Source: Octopus sinensis (Eukaryota). Taken from it: DNA of 64,000 nucleotides. Where the stretch lies: positions 110,050,001-110,114,000 of the forward strand of contig NC_043001.1 in NCBI RefSeq assembly GCF_006345805.1, written 5' to 3'. Under the pieces are notes generated by a model. The model was not told the DNA's origin. It ran no database searches and saw only the letters and a program-made list of their open reading frames with translations. This document shows positions 25,881 through 37,337 of the stretch, piece after piece. Made by a program: the position numbers and the translations under genes. How positions within the stretch are numbered: position 1 is the stretch's first letter; each line of letters opens with the position of its first letter.

Positions 25881-26019
25881 TCTGCACACACATATATATA
25901 TATATACATACATACATACATACATACATACATACATACATACATGCACACATACATACATGCACACATACATGCATACATACATACAAACAATCAAAAA
26001 TATCCTGTTGCTAATGTTA

Positions 26020-26112
26020 AAATTCCAATGAAAGTGCATTGGATCTAGGTTAGAAACCGGTTCTTTCTCTATTGGCAAGAAATCTTGAAAAAAACTGAAT
26101 AATGACATCATG
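26020..26112 (+). mobile_element. Probable LINE 3' UTR fragment ending in (CATA)n
   Basis: GGTTAGAAACCGGTTCTTTCTCTATTGGCAAGAAATCTTG..AATAATGACAT joins directly to CATA repeats. Resembles 26420-26500. Confidence 0.5.
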
Positions 26113-26178
26113 CATACATACATGCATACATAAATACATACATGCATACATACATACATACATACATACATACATACA

Positions 26179-26212
<34 letters not shown>

Positions 26213-26231
26213 CATACATACATACATACAT

Positions 26232-26500
26232 AGGTTTTGTTAGTAAATGCTTAAAGGAGAATCTGGATAAACTGCGATTTTCAGAAACTAAAATTGAAGG
26301 CTGATTCGTACATTACAAGTGCAGTCTGTGAGTGCAACAGTAAAAATATTCAAGACTATTTTCAAGTTCCAAACGTGAAATTTTCTGCGTTAACTACATC
26401 TCAAAGATGGAGCCTTGTATCTGTGTTGGAAACCGGCTTCCGCTTGGTTAGAAGATTTATAATAATTTAAAAAAGAGAAGCGTCATGCAGGTTTTCCTTT
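26232..26500 (+). mobile_element. Second RLE-type LINE 3' remnant of the same lineage as 25453-25880
   Basis: GFVSKCLKENLDKLRFSETKIE/LIRTLQVQSVSATVKIFKTIFKFQT* (one frameshift). 5' flank is (CATA)n. Confidence 0.7.
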
Positions 26501-26684
26501 ATCAACTTCTGAAAATACATTCTGAAATCACTCGTAGCAAATCTCACTTGACCATTAGCTCTGGTGTTTGGTAAGAACAGAGGTTTCCTTAAATCATTAC
26601 TCTGCATTTGGCTTGACTATCATTAACGTTCTTAAATTGTCATTCAACTAGATATGGCTCACTATACCTTGTTGCTTTTGATTA

Positions 26685-27066
26685 TGGAAGCTCTCCGTCG
26701 GTTACGACGAAGAGGATTCCGGTTGATCCGATCAACGGAACAGTCTGCTCGTGAAATTAACGTGTAAGTGGCTGAGCACTCCACAAACACGTGTACCCTT
26801 AACGTAGTTCTCGGGGATATTCAGCGTGACACAGAGAGTGACAAGGCCGGCCCTTTGAAATACAGTTACAACAGAAACAGGAAGTAAGAGTGAGAGAAAG
26901 TTATGGTGAAAGAGTACACCAGGGATCACCACCCCCTGCCGGAGCCTCGTGGAGGTTTAGGTGTTTTCGCTCAATAAACACTCACAACACCCGGTCTGGA
27001 AATCGAAACCGCGATCCTACGACCGCGAGTCCGTTGCCCTAACCACTGGGCCATTGCGCCTCCACG
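26685..27066 (-). mobile_element. tRNA-derived SINE group C, full length
   Basis: GTGGAGGCGCAATGGCCCAGTGGTTAGGGCAACGGACTCGCGGTCGTAGGATCGCGGTTTCGATTTCC head with A and B boxes. Confidence 0.9.
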
Positions 27067-27904
27067 CTTTTGATTAACACCGTGTTTCAATGCTATGCCT
27101 GTCTTCTCAAAGCAGGTTCAATGAAAACTAATCTTTTTTTCAACGCATAAGGATATCGGCTGTGAAATTTAATTTTCAGCTCGTTTTTATTTTCACTTTG
27201 AAATTAGTTCAATCAGTCCCAATGCTGAGCAGTCTGCTATTTCTTTCGAACTCTTTTCAAAGTGTTTAAATTATACACCATATCTCACTACTAAAAGACG
27301 GAAGAGTTCCATTGCGAACTTTGAAACTAACCGTTTTATTTTTAATTGTAACAAAATAATTGCAAATGTAACAAAGTTTGTGTGATGGTAAGCATTCAAG
27401 TTTTTTTTTTGATCGTTTGTTGATTTGAACAAAAATGAAAGAAAGAGATTAATACAGTTCGTTAATCAGCCATGTATTAAGTTAACGAAGTCTTTTCATA
27501 AACTTTGCTTGGCATGCCTTGGAACGATTCTGTGATTTTCAAACAGAATTAAAACTCAGCTAAAGTAATTACGCACTGACACTTGAAGAAATAACTGTAT
27601 TTGAGATCCGTAATTATTTCAACATATCACCAAAGAAACGTTACCATTACAAGCAAAAACAACGGATGATGTTATATAGACTTAACTGTAAACAAATGCA
27701 CTTACACAGGAACGAAAATACATGTGTGTATGCGTGAATTATTTATGTGAGTAACTGTGTGTTCGTGTTTATATATATATATATCTATCTCACATTTGCA
27801 CATCCTTCACTGTTCCTCTTCCCTTCTCCCTTACTGTCCCTCTGTCTCACCCCTTCTCTTTCTCTCTCTCTCTTTCTCTCTCTCTCTATATATATATATG
27901 TCTG

Positions 27905-27938
<34 letters not shown>

Positions 27939-28000
27939 TATTATATATATACACACACATCCATATATATATATAATATATATATATATAATATATATAT

Positions 28001-28035
<35 letters not shown>

Positions 28036-28979
28036 CCTACGTACAGATATAGATGGATAAATATAGACATGGAAAATACATATATATATTTACAGACACA
28101 TGGACAGATGCATGCACACATACACACATGCACGCAAACGCATAGACAATTAGTTGGATACGGACACATATATAGAAACCAGTATTTATATATTGATAGG
28201 GTATCTACAATCTCTACTGTCTACCGTTTTACTCTCCTTGACCCTCATTGCTAATTGTGAATCTGTTATATTTGGCATGAGTTTGTTGGTTATGACAGCT
28301 GTCTGACGATTGCACGGCGTTTGCAGATCAATTGCAGAGCGATTTATCAACACGCCATTTTGCTCCAATCTTCTCTATCATTCTTTTTCCCTTCCTTCCT
28401 TTCGTTCTTTCTTTCTTTGCTACTTCATAATTTTTATTTTGTTCTGAATTTATACGTTTGTAATTTGTAGATTTATATATTTATTTTTCGCGTACGTTTG
28501 TGTATTTCGATTAAGTTCAGTTCTGGCAAAATATAGCAGCTATTTTATCCTCATAAGTAGAATCGGATACACGTATGAAAAATACATCATCAATGACTTC
28601 ACTGTTTTAAATATAAACAAATTATTTTTGCTTGAATAATCTTAGAAAAAAATTCATGATGTAATTATTAACAGGTGTTGATATCTGGTATCTTTCTAAC
28701 GCATCAACTGTGTGATGTGATTTAGTTGCCTGCTGGGAAGCGCGAATCTCGCTAGCGTTTAGACAGCATGCATGATACACAGTAATTCTTAATTCTGTTC
28801 ACCAATAACCATTTATACACTGTGTAATCTTCAGACTTATACGTTCAGAGTTCAAACGCCGCCGATGTATATTTCGCCTTTCATTCAAACGGGGTCGATA
28901 AGATTAACAGTGAACAACTGTGTCGATGAATGCGAATAAACATTCGTCTTTTTACTCAAATTAGAAGCTATCACAACAA

Positions 28980-28981
28980 CA

Positions 28982-29035
<54 letters not shown>

Positions 29036-29258
29036 ACTACTATTACTACTACTACTACTACTAACAGTAGTTGTACTTGTAGTAACAACAACAGTATTGT
29101 TATTATTAGTGTAGTAGCGTTGTTCTTTGCACTATTATTATCATCATTATTATTATCATTATTATTATCATTATTATTATTATCTTTATTATTATTATCA
29201 ATATTAATATTCATCATCTTCTTCTTCTTCTTCTTCTTCACATTATTATTATTATTTA
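28980..29258. repeat. Compound (ACT)n/(ATT)n/(CTT)n trinucleotide repeats
   Basis: Direct. Confidence 0.9.
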
Positions 29259-29259
29259 A

Positions 29260-29697
29260 TTTAGTCAGCAGGTTTGTTAGAATCACTCGCTCGCCGAGAC
29301 ACACCCAGCGTCCTGGGGCGAGTGAAGGATAAGAGATGTTATAGTATAGCTGAAAGCCTGGAGATCGGGAATTTCAGCAGCAGCAGTAGCAAAATATTTT
29401 CATGTAATACAACACAAACATTTAAATTGATAGTTTTTCAAACTATTTGGGCTCTACTTGTCTGTACAATCTTTTGTATTTCTCTGAAACATGGTTCTCC
29501 TGGGATGTTATATAGATGTTTCTGAAATCCCATTTTTAATCATACTTAGGACGCCTACAATAACAGGAACAGCTCTCGCTTTAAGATGCCACAACTTTTG
29601 TATCTCAATGTCCAGGTCCTTATATTTACTTAATTTCTCAACTTACTTTACAGATGTAGTTATACAAGTGGGAACATTTACATCTATTAGTGAACAC
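29260..29697 (-). mobile_element. R4/Dong-type LINE 3' remnant embedded in (TAA)n
   Basis: CSLIDVNVPT..EKLSKYKDLDIEIQKLWHLKARAVPVIVGVL..NIPGEPCFREIQKIV. TAA repeats on both sides. Confidence 0.85.
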
Positions 29698-29759
29698 GTA
29701 ATATTATTATTATTATTAATATTATTATTATTATTATTGCTGTTGTTGTTATTATTATT

Positions 29760-29968
29760 CGAGCTGGCAGAATCGTTAGCACGTCGGACAAAGTGCTTAG
29801 CGTCATTTTGTCTGTTCTTACGCTGTGTGTTCAAAATCTTGTGTGGTCGACTTTGCTATTCATCATTTCGGGGTTGAGAAAGAGATTACCAGTTACGGAC
29901 TGGAGTGAGTGTAATCGACTAGTCCACTTGCCCCAAAATTTCAGACCTTGTGCTTTTTGTAGAAAGGA
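29760..29968 (+). mobile_element. SINE group B monomer, diverged
   Basis: CGAGCTGGCAGAATCGTTAGCACG head. Confidence 0.8.
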
Positions 29969-29990
29969 TAATAATAATAAAATTGATAAA

Positions 29991-30050
<60 letters not shown>

Positions 30051-30083
30051 GTTGATAATAATAATAATAATAATAATAATAAT

Positions 30084-30118
<35 letters not shown>

Positions 30119-30154
30119 GAAGAAGAAGAAAAGAAGAAGAAGAAGAAGAAGAAA

Positions 30155-30676
30155 TTCCCTGGTGCAGTACTGATTGGAAGTGTTACCATATACGTTGTTT
30201 TGTCTTGGTATAAAAGATGGGCTACAGCAAATATTCTGCTCAATACCACAGATTATCTTGTCAGTTGTTTGACCTTAACCAGTTGACCATGTTCCTTGGT
30301 GGTTGATGATATGTTTACCTCAGATCACGACCAGAATTAATGGGGGAGCATCATAGCGATGTATTGTGGGGAATTCTTTGGGGTTTGGATAATCCACCTA
30401 TGGAAACATGGGTGTTTCATCAAACATCCTTAAACAATCCTTATTCAGGGACCTTTTGAGCGGGATGGGCTACTCGACCTGAAGAAAATTCTAACTGGGC
30501 TCCACCTGCAAGGTCATGCGCTGTTTATCTTGATATGAAATCACCATATGAGGCAAGTATGTTTATGATGCAAGTGCCTGGTGTAGCCTTGTCAGACGTG
30601 TAGTCATGATGGGTATACTGGGCTTCGCATATTTTACCCTAGTATCACTTTGATGGCGTGCACTGCTCTCTCACTC

Positions 30677-30678
<2 letters not shown>
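30155..30678 (+). mobile_element. Non-coding retroposon-like repeat with (TAA)n tail
   Basis: Complex sequence with no ORF, bounded by (AAT)n/(AAG)n upstream and ending CTCTCTCACTC-AATAATAAT. Recalled as an abundant octopus repeat (not verified). Confidence 0.55.
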
Positions 30679-30726
<48 letters not shown>

Positions 30727-30753
30727 CGATGATGATCATTATTATTATTATTA

Positions 30754-30792
<39 letters not shown>

Positions 30793-31499
30793 ATAATCAT
30801 ATTGTTCGTTTGCTGTTTGTATACTGATAATATCTTGAACATGCGGAACTTTAGCTTTGCCATAAAAATACAATATAGCCAGTCGTTATATTGATCATGG
30901 TTGCGTGTGTATGTTTGTATGTGTGTGTGTATTTCTGTGTGTATGTGCGTGTGTATGTGCCTTCTTGTGTGTGTGCATAAGTATGTGCCTGTCTGTGAAT
31001 GTGTGTCTGTGTGCACGCACACACACGTTTTAAGGATGAGTGGTGTGATATTTCAGAGCAACAGACACTCCACATGTCTTACAACCTTGTCGTCTTAAAT
31101 TTCACACATGCTTATTTTCAAATGGATGTTAAAGAAACATTTTGATGAAACATACAGAAGTAGATATGCAGTTCTAAAGATGTGTTAATAAATTCACAAT
31201 GATTCAGTAACGTAGTATTCAATGAAATCCGCAGCAAAACCTTCTCGCATTAGACTGCAGTTTTCGTTTTCATGAAAGATAATGCGTCACTCTTTTAGTC
31301 TTTTATTATATACTGTTAAACTATGATGATTCCGATATTTTAGTTTCTTGTTTCATAAAAGTTTTATGCGCATCGGCATTTCGGATAAGCTAAGCAGAAA
31401 GGTGAGGCTATGTGGTAAGAATGTTCGTTCCTAATTGCATCGTTTCTGGAACGTCTAGCTCCCCATTTTAGAATTAAAAGCTATGCCAACCACCGATCT

Positions 31500-31846
31500 G
31501 GACGGCACTGCATAATACCAAAGATACCGTCTTCGTCATTTCAGACAAGGACCCAGTATTGCAACAGATTCGGTTTCTGAGGTCGTCGACTGTTTAACAC
31601 CCTGGTAAGGAACCTAAGAGATCTACAAAGTGTAGATGTGGAAGCGTTCAAAATACACATGGACAAATTTCTCTCTGAAATCCCAGATGGCCCCAGATCG
31701 TAACAGGAGGCACGAAAGAAAAATGGAGCAGTTTTGTCTAACATGCTTCTTCACCAAAACAGTACCGAAAAGAGAACTCAAAACACTGAAATGTGGTGCT
31801 CCAGTATGGTCTTAATCTCTGGTTGACGCCAGTAAAAAATAAAAGA
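31500..31846 (+). mobile_element. CR1-group LINE 3' remnant
   Basis: GRHCIIPKIP..YCNRFGF*GRRLFNTL..LRDLQSVDVEAFKIHMDKFLSEIPDGP..SNMLLHQ. Tail GGTGCTCCAGTATGG..AGTAAAAAATAAAAGAATAAAAG. Confidence 0.8.
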
Positions 31847-32005
31847 ATAAAAGTACTCTGATCGATCTGTCCAATTTAACCCTTTAAGTCTGTGCCCCAG
31901 CATGACAGCAGCCCAGTGACTGAGAGAAGTTAAAGTTAAAACATAGAACAGATCAATGTCAATATATATTAAGTCGAAGATGTTGAGTAGTAATGTAGGA
32001 TACTG

Positions 32006-32376
32006 TTTCGTAGCTCTATTTCGTAGCTCTTATCGTAGATCTAATCGTAGTTCTATTCGTAGATGTATTCGAAGCTCTATTCGTAGATGTATTCGAAGCT
32101 CTATTCGAAGCTCTATTTCATAGCTCTAATCGTAGCTCTATTCGTAGCTCTATTTCGTAACTCTATTTGTAACTCTGTTCGAAGCTCTATTTGTAGCTCT
32201 AATTCATAGATCTATTTCGTAGCTCTATTCGTAGTTCTAATCGTAGCTCTATACGTAGGTCTATTTCGTAGCTCAATTCGTAGCTCTATTTCGTAGCGCT
32301 AATCGTAGCTCTAATCGTAGCGCTATTCATAGCACTATCTGTAGCTCTATTCGTAGTTATATACGTAGCTCTGTTC
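32006..32376. repeat. 12/13-bp minisatellite, consensus TCGTAGCTCTAT(T), about 30 copies
   Basis: Direct tandem array with scattered substitutions. Confidence 0.95.
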
Positions 32377-32769
32377 TAAGTACAAGCTGTATGCCTCGTT
32401 AGAGAGGCATAGCATACACTGGATGACTCGTTTAGTCCTGTATTATTCATTTTACAATCGACGGTGGTCATCGCAGCCATATTATACACAGCGTCTTACT
32501 AGGTTTACGTTAGCTAATGTCTTTCTCGGTCAAAGGTTATATCGTAGTCTGTGAAGGAGATTGGGTTGATAAATCTGGTTTGAAGTGGATCTAAACACGA
32601 ACAGGCCGCAACTACAACAGCAGTAAATGAAATATTGAAAAACAGATAAAAGCTTACAAAAAAAACGTAAAATAAACCGTTTTCAACAGGCTGGAGTAGC
32701 TGCAATAGCATCGACAATAACGGGACAGAAATAAGAACAAGACGACGACAAGGCAACAACAACAACAGC

Positions 32770-32773
32770 ATCG

Positions 32774-32828
<55 letters not shown>

Positions 32829-32974
32829 GTACTACTACTATGAGACAATGCAAATAAAAATTGCAGCAAGAGCAGGAGCGGCAACGAGAGCAGAATATAT
32901 ATATATATAATATATATATATATATATAAATTACGTCGAGGACAACAAAATAGAAAATAACAACAACAACAGCA

Positions 32975-33039
<65 letters not shown>

Positions 33040-33180
33040 TAATAATAATGATAGTAATGATAATAATAATAATAATGATAATAATAATAATAATATAATA
33101 ATAATAATAATATAATAATAATAATAATGATAGTAATGATAATAATAATAATAATAATGATAATAATAATAATAATAATA
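32770..33180. repeat. (ACT)n, (TA)n and (AAT)n arrays
   Basis: Direct. Confidence 0.9.
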
Positions 33181-33604
33181 AGCAAAAAAAAAATACCAAG
33201 CGTAGAATGACTCTGAGAACAATAATGAGAGAACCAGAAAATAGCTTGAAAATATACGAAGTCATTATGGCGTTTTATTTTTAAGATTACAACTTTCAAT
33301 TTTTCTTCTTTTTAACAAAGCTTCTTCTATTTGAGTTGTGTATTTTTTCTCATTTCCATTCTATTTATATTGAGAATTGTTGTTTCTTTCTAGGGTTGCT
33401 TTAAACTATATTTTTCCTATTGCTCTTGTTTAGGCTCTTCTTGTTACAGTCTATATATTTTGTCATTTTATTATTTGCTCAATTCTAAACTTATCTTTTT
33501 TTTTACTTTCGTGTGTATGTGCGAACGTATGTATACGTACACACACTGACACGCGCATATACATATGTATTTCACTATGTATGTGCGTATATGTGTATAT
33601 ATAA

Positions 33605-33686
<82 letters not shown>

Positions 33687-33769
33687 ATGTGTGTGCATAT
33701 ATATTTGTGTGCATGCTTCTGTGTGTCTATGTATCTATCTATCTACATATGTGTATATGTATATATATG

Positions 33770-33818
<49 letters not shown>

Positions 33819-33898
33819 CTATGTATCTATATATCTATATGTGTATATGTATATATATATGTGTATATATATATATATATATATTTATACACACACAC

Positions 33899-33967
<69 letters not shown>

Positions 33968-34501
33968 TGTTTATTATTTCTCTCAGCTGTTAGATTCTTC
34001 TCGTCTTTCAAGTCTGAGAAAAATGAGAAAACACAAATACACACACACAGACACACAACACACACATACAAACATATACACATACACACACACACACACG
34101 CATTGTATATGCACACACATTTTCTCTTTATCTATATGAAGTGAATGCATATGCGTATGAAAATAATTGCATATATAGCCTGCACATGGCTTGTGTAGAC
34201 ATTGTTTCCAAATATGTCAGGAGAATGTACGACTGTATGTGTATGTGTGAGAGAGAGTGTATGTGTCTGTGTGTGTGTGTAAGGAAGCGTGTATGTACAA
34301 GTGTGTATATGCAAGTGTGATTGACTACAAGTATTTGTTTTTGTGGATGTATGTTAATGTTTCGTGTAAGATATTCTGTATTGACGCTTGAATTTGTTTA
34401 TTTTATTTAATAAAACGTCTAATAATATTAGGCACAAACACATGCATATATAATGCATACACAGACACAGAAATGCACACGCACTGACATACACGTTCAC
34501 A

Positions 34502-34555
<54 letters not shown>

Positions 34556-34879
34556 TACACATATATATATACATACATATACATATATATATATTATATA
34601 TATATTATATTATATATATGTGTGTGTGTGTATATATATATTGACATATATATATTTATGTATGTATATATGTATTTGAGACGGCTTGAAAGTGTAAGAA
34701 TGTAGTCGAGTAGCCTCTGAGTATGCGAGTGAGTGCTTACACATGGCTACGATTAGATTTTAGAGTATATATACTTATATGCTCGCGTGCACACGCACAA
34801 ATATATATACATATGTGTGTGTGTGTGAGCACGTCTCTGTGCGTTTGTGCGTGTGTATGTATGTATGTATTTCTCTCTC

Positions 34880-34915
<36 letters not shown>

Positions 34916-35869
34916 CAGTAAGATAGATAGATAGAAAGATAGATATATGAAGAAAGTTAAATCATATTCAAATTTCTATTTGTTATGAAAGCAAATCGTA
35001 ACCGACAGCACCACATAGCGCAGGACGTTTACTCTGATTCGCAACAGCCTCTCCTAGCGTCATTTCTGCTTCCCTACGATGTGTGGACAACGCCTATGAT
35101 GAAACTGGTGCCAAATTGCATTAGCTATCGACTTTCTCTAGGGATATATATCTGGCATGGATTGGGGAGACTTTCATGTATGTGCAAATGTTGGCCTGCC
35201 GCTTATTGGGGAACATTTCAGTTTGAAATACACCTTATCGTCCGAAGTATTATTTTGATGAGTAAATTAAACGTAAATTATAAATGATGCACATGCTTTC
35301 GATTGATTGTTCATTAATCCCGAAGTAGACCACGAGATGGACCTAAATTACATATATACTGAGTGTAAGGGTTAAATTTGATGAATTTCTTAAAGACTCC
35401 TTTTTTATTTACGGACAGCTTGCGCCAATGGTAAACATTCAGTGGCGTTGGAAAGCATAAAAATTATGGTTGTAATTAACAAAAAAATGTTAGCTGACGT
35501 GGATGACTAGAAGCCAAATGAATAGTGGGAAAGAGTGACACAAATCTTATTGATACGCGCCGGGTGTCAAAATGCCGACATTATGATTTGTTACGTGGAC
35601 ATTGAAAGGGCTGTAAAATGTGACGTGAGCAGCTGCAACGGAGGCTATGAAGCAGTGGTCAGCAAGAACTGACACAGCAGGCGTTCTGGATGCCTCTGCA
35701 CGCATTAAGGGGTGTCTGAGGCGCAGTTTGCCGGGTGTGTGAAGCTGCTGGGGACAGTGCTCAAACTTTGGCTAGAGAAGGTTCCTCTATGGCGGCACGA
35801 TTCAGTTTCTGGTCATAACTCCAGAGAGGAGTTAGAAGTCGTTGCCGGAGAATTACTTACGATTTTACC

Positions 35870-36290
35870 AGGCGTATGAGTGGCTCTGTGGTAAGTAGTT
35901 TGCTTCCGAACCACGTGGATCCGGGTTCAGTCCCACTGCGTGGCACCTTGGGCAAGTGTCTTCTACTATAGCCTCGGGACGACCAAAGCCTTGTGAGTGA
36001 GATTTGGTAGGCGGAAACTGAAAGAAACCCGTCGTATATATGTATATATATGTATTATGTGTGTGTGTATATGTTTCGGTGTCTGTGTTTGTTGCCCCAA
36101 CATCGCTTTTCAGCCGATGGTGGTGTGTTTGCGTCCCCGTAACTTAGCGGTTCGGCAAATGAAACCGATACAATAAGTACAATAAGACCGATACAATAGG
36201 CTTACAAAGAATAAGTCCTGGGGTCGATTTGCTCGACTAAAAGGCAGTGCTTCAGCGTGGCCTTAGTCAAACGACTGAAACAAGTAAAAG
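35870..36290 (+). mobile_element. SINE group A, full length
   Basis: GTGGCTCTGTGGTAAG (A box), GGTTCAGTCCC (B box), CACCTTGGGCAAGTGTCTT core and ACTGAAACAAGTAAAAG tail. Probably one of the described octopus OK/OR1/OR2 SINEs (unverified). Confidence 0.92.
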
Positions 36291-36505
36291 CCCCAATTTT
36301 TGGCCTCCTTACTCACCCAATTCGAATTCTATGGATTGCTGTGCGTCAAAGACATCAACTGCTCTGCCTGCAACACCAATGCTGAGCTGGCGATCAGGAT
36401 CAGGTATGGGTGTTGAATGATCTTTCAAGGAACACAGTCAGGAACGCATTCACCACGTTCTGGATTCAGGCCGTGGTGGAAGATGGGGTCGACATGTTCA
36501 CTAAT
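36291..36505 (+). pseudogene. Tc1/mariner (maT/DD37D-like) transposase C-terminal remnant
   Basis: PNFWPPYSPNSNSMD (from WPPNSPDLNPMD), then after a frameshift KDINCSACNTNAEL..QAVVEDG. Confidence 0.7.
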
Positions 36506-36999
36506 TTTTTCTCTCGTTTATAATACATATATATTTTTCTTTTCCTTTAGTCCGAACATTCTGGAATCATCGGGAATACATGTGTTCTGGAATCATGTGT
36601 TCTGGAATCATCGGGAATACATAATGAAATGACATGAACAATGTTATGAAGTCAGCTTAGGTAAACCAAGATGTCTGTGCAACAGGTAGTTTGACCCCTA
36701 GAAGGCATAGCACTTCATGAACTAACGCTAACTGGACACAAATCGGGTATATGATTGTTAAAAAACTCTGTTAACATAATGACCCCGTAAAACAGTGAGG
36801 GTTCCAGAAAACATTGAGAGTTCCTTCTCACATAATAGTACTTAAATTATTGAAAATACACTCTAAATCGAATGTCGTTTACATTTTTTTTCAGTTGTGA
36901 ATTCTAATTTAAATAAATCTACTTCTTTAATTTAACCGGTTTTATATCATTATTATTATTATTAATAATAATATTGTTATTGTCACTATTTATTATTAA

Positions 37000-37037
<38 letters not shown>

Positions 37038-37059
37038 TATTATTATTATTATTATTATC

Positions 37060-37260
37060 AACATCGTTAGCACGCTGGATGAAATGCTTAGCGGTATTTC
37101 GCCTGTTGCTACATTCTGAGTTGAAATTTCACCGAGGTCGCTTTTAGCTTTCATTCCTTAGGGGGTCGATAAACTAAGTACCTGTTCAATACTGGGGTCG
37201 ATGTAATCGACTAATCCCTTCCCCCAAAATTGCATCCCTTGTAGCCAAATTTGGAACCAT
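37060..37260 (+). mobile_element. SINE group B monomer inside (ATT)n
   Basis: CGTTAGCACGCTGGATGAAATGCTTAGCGGTATTTCG...TACTGGGGTCGATGTAATCGAC. Confidence 0.85.
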
Positions 37261-37298
37261 AATAATAATAATAATTGTTATTATTATTATTATTATTA

Positions 37299-37337
<39 letters not shown>

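Noticed and set aside
26990-27066. tRNA gene calls at SINE heads (also 3490-3563, 58476-58550, 60078-60150)
   Set aside because: These tRNA-like heads are contiguous with SINE bodies and lack a proper acceptor stem.
32006-32376. CRISPR-like array or repetitive coding exon (IELR repeats)
   Set aside because: There are no unique spacers, and the 13-bp units break the reading frame.
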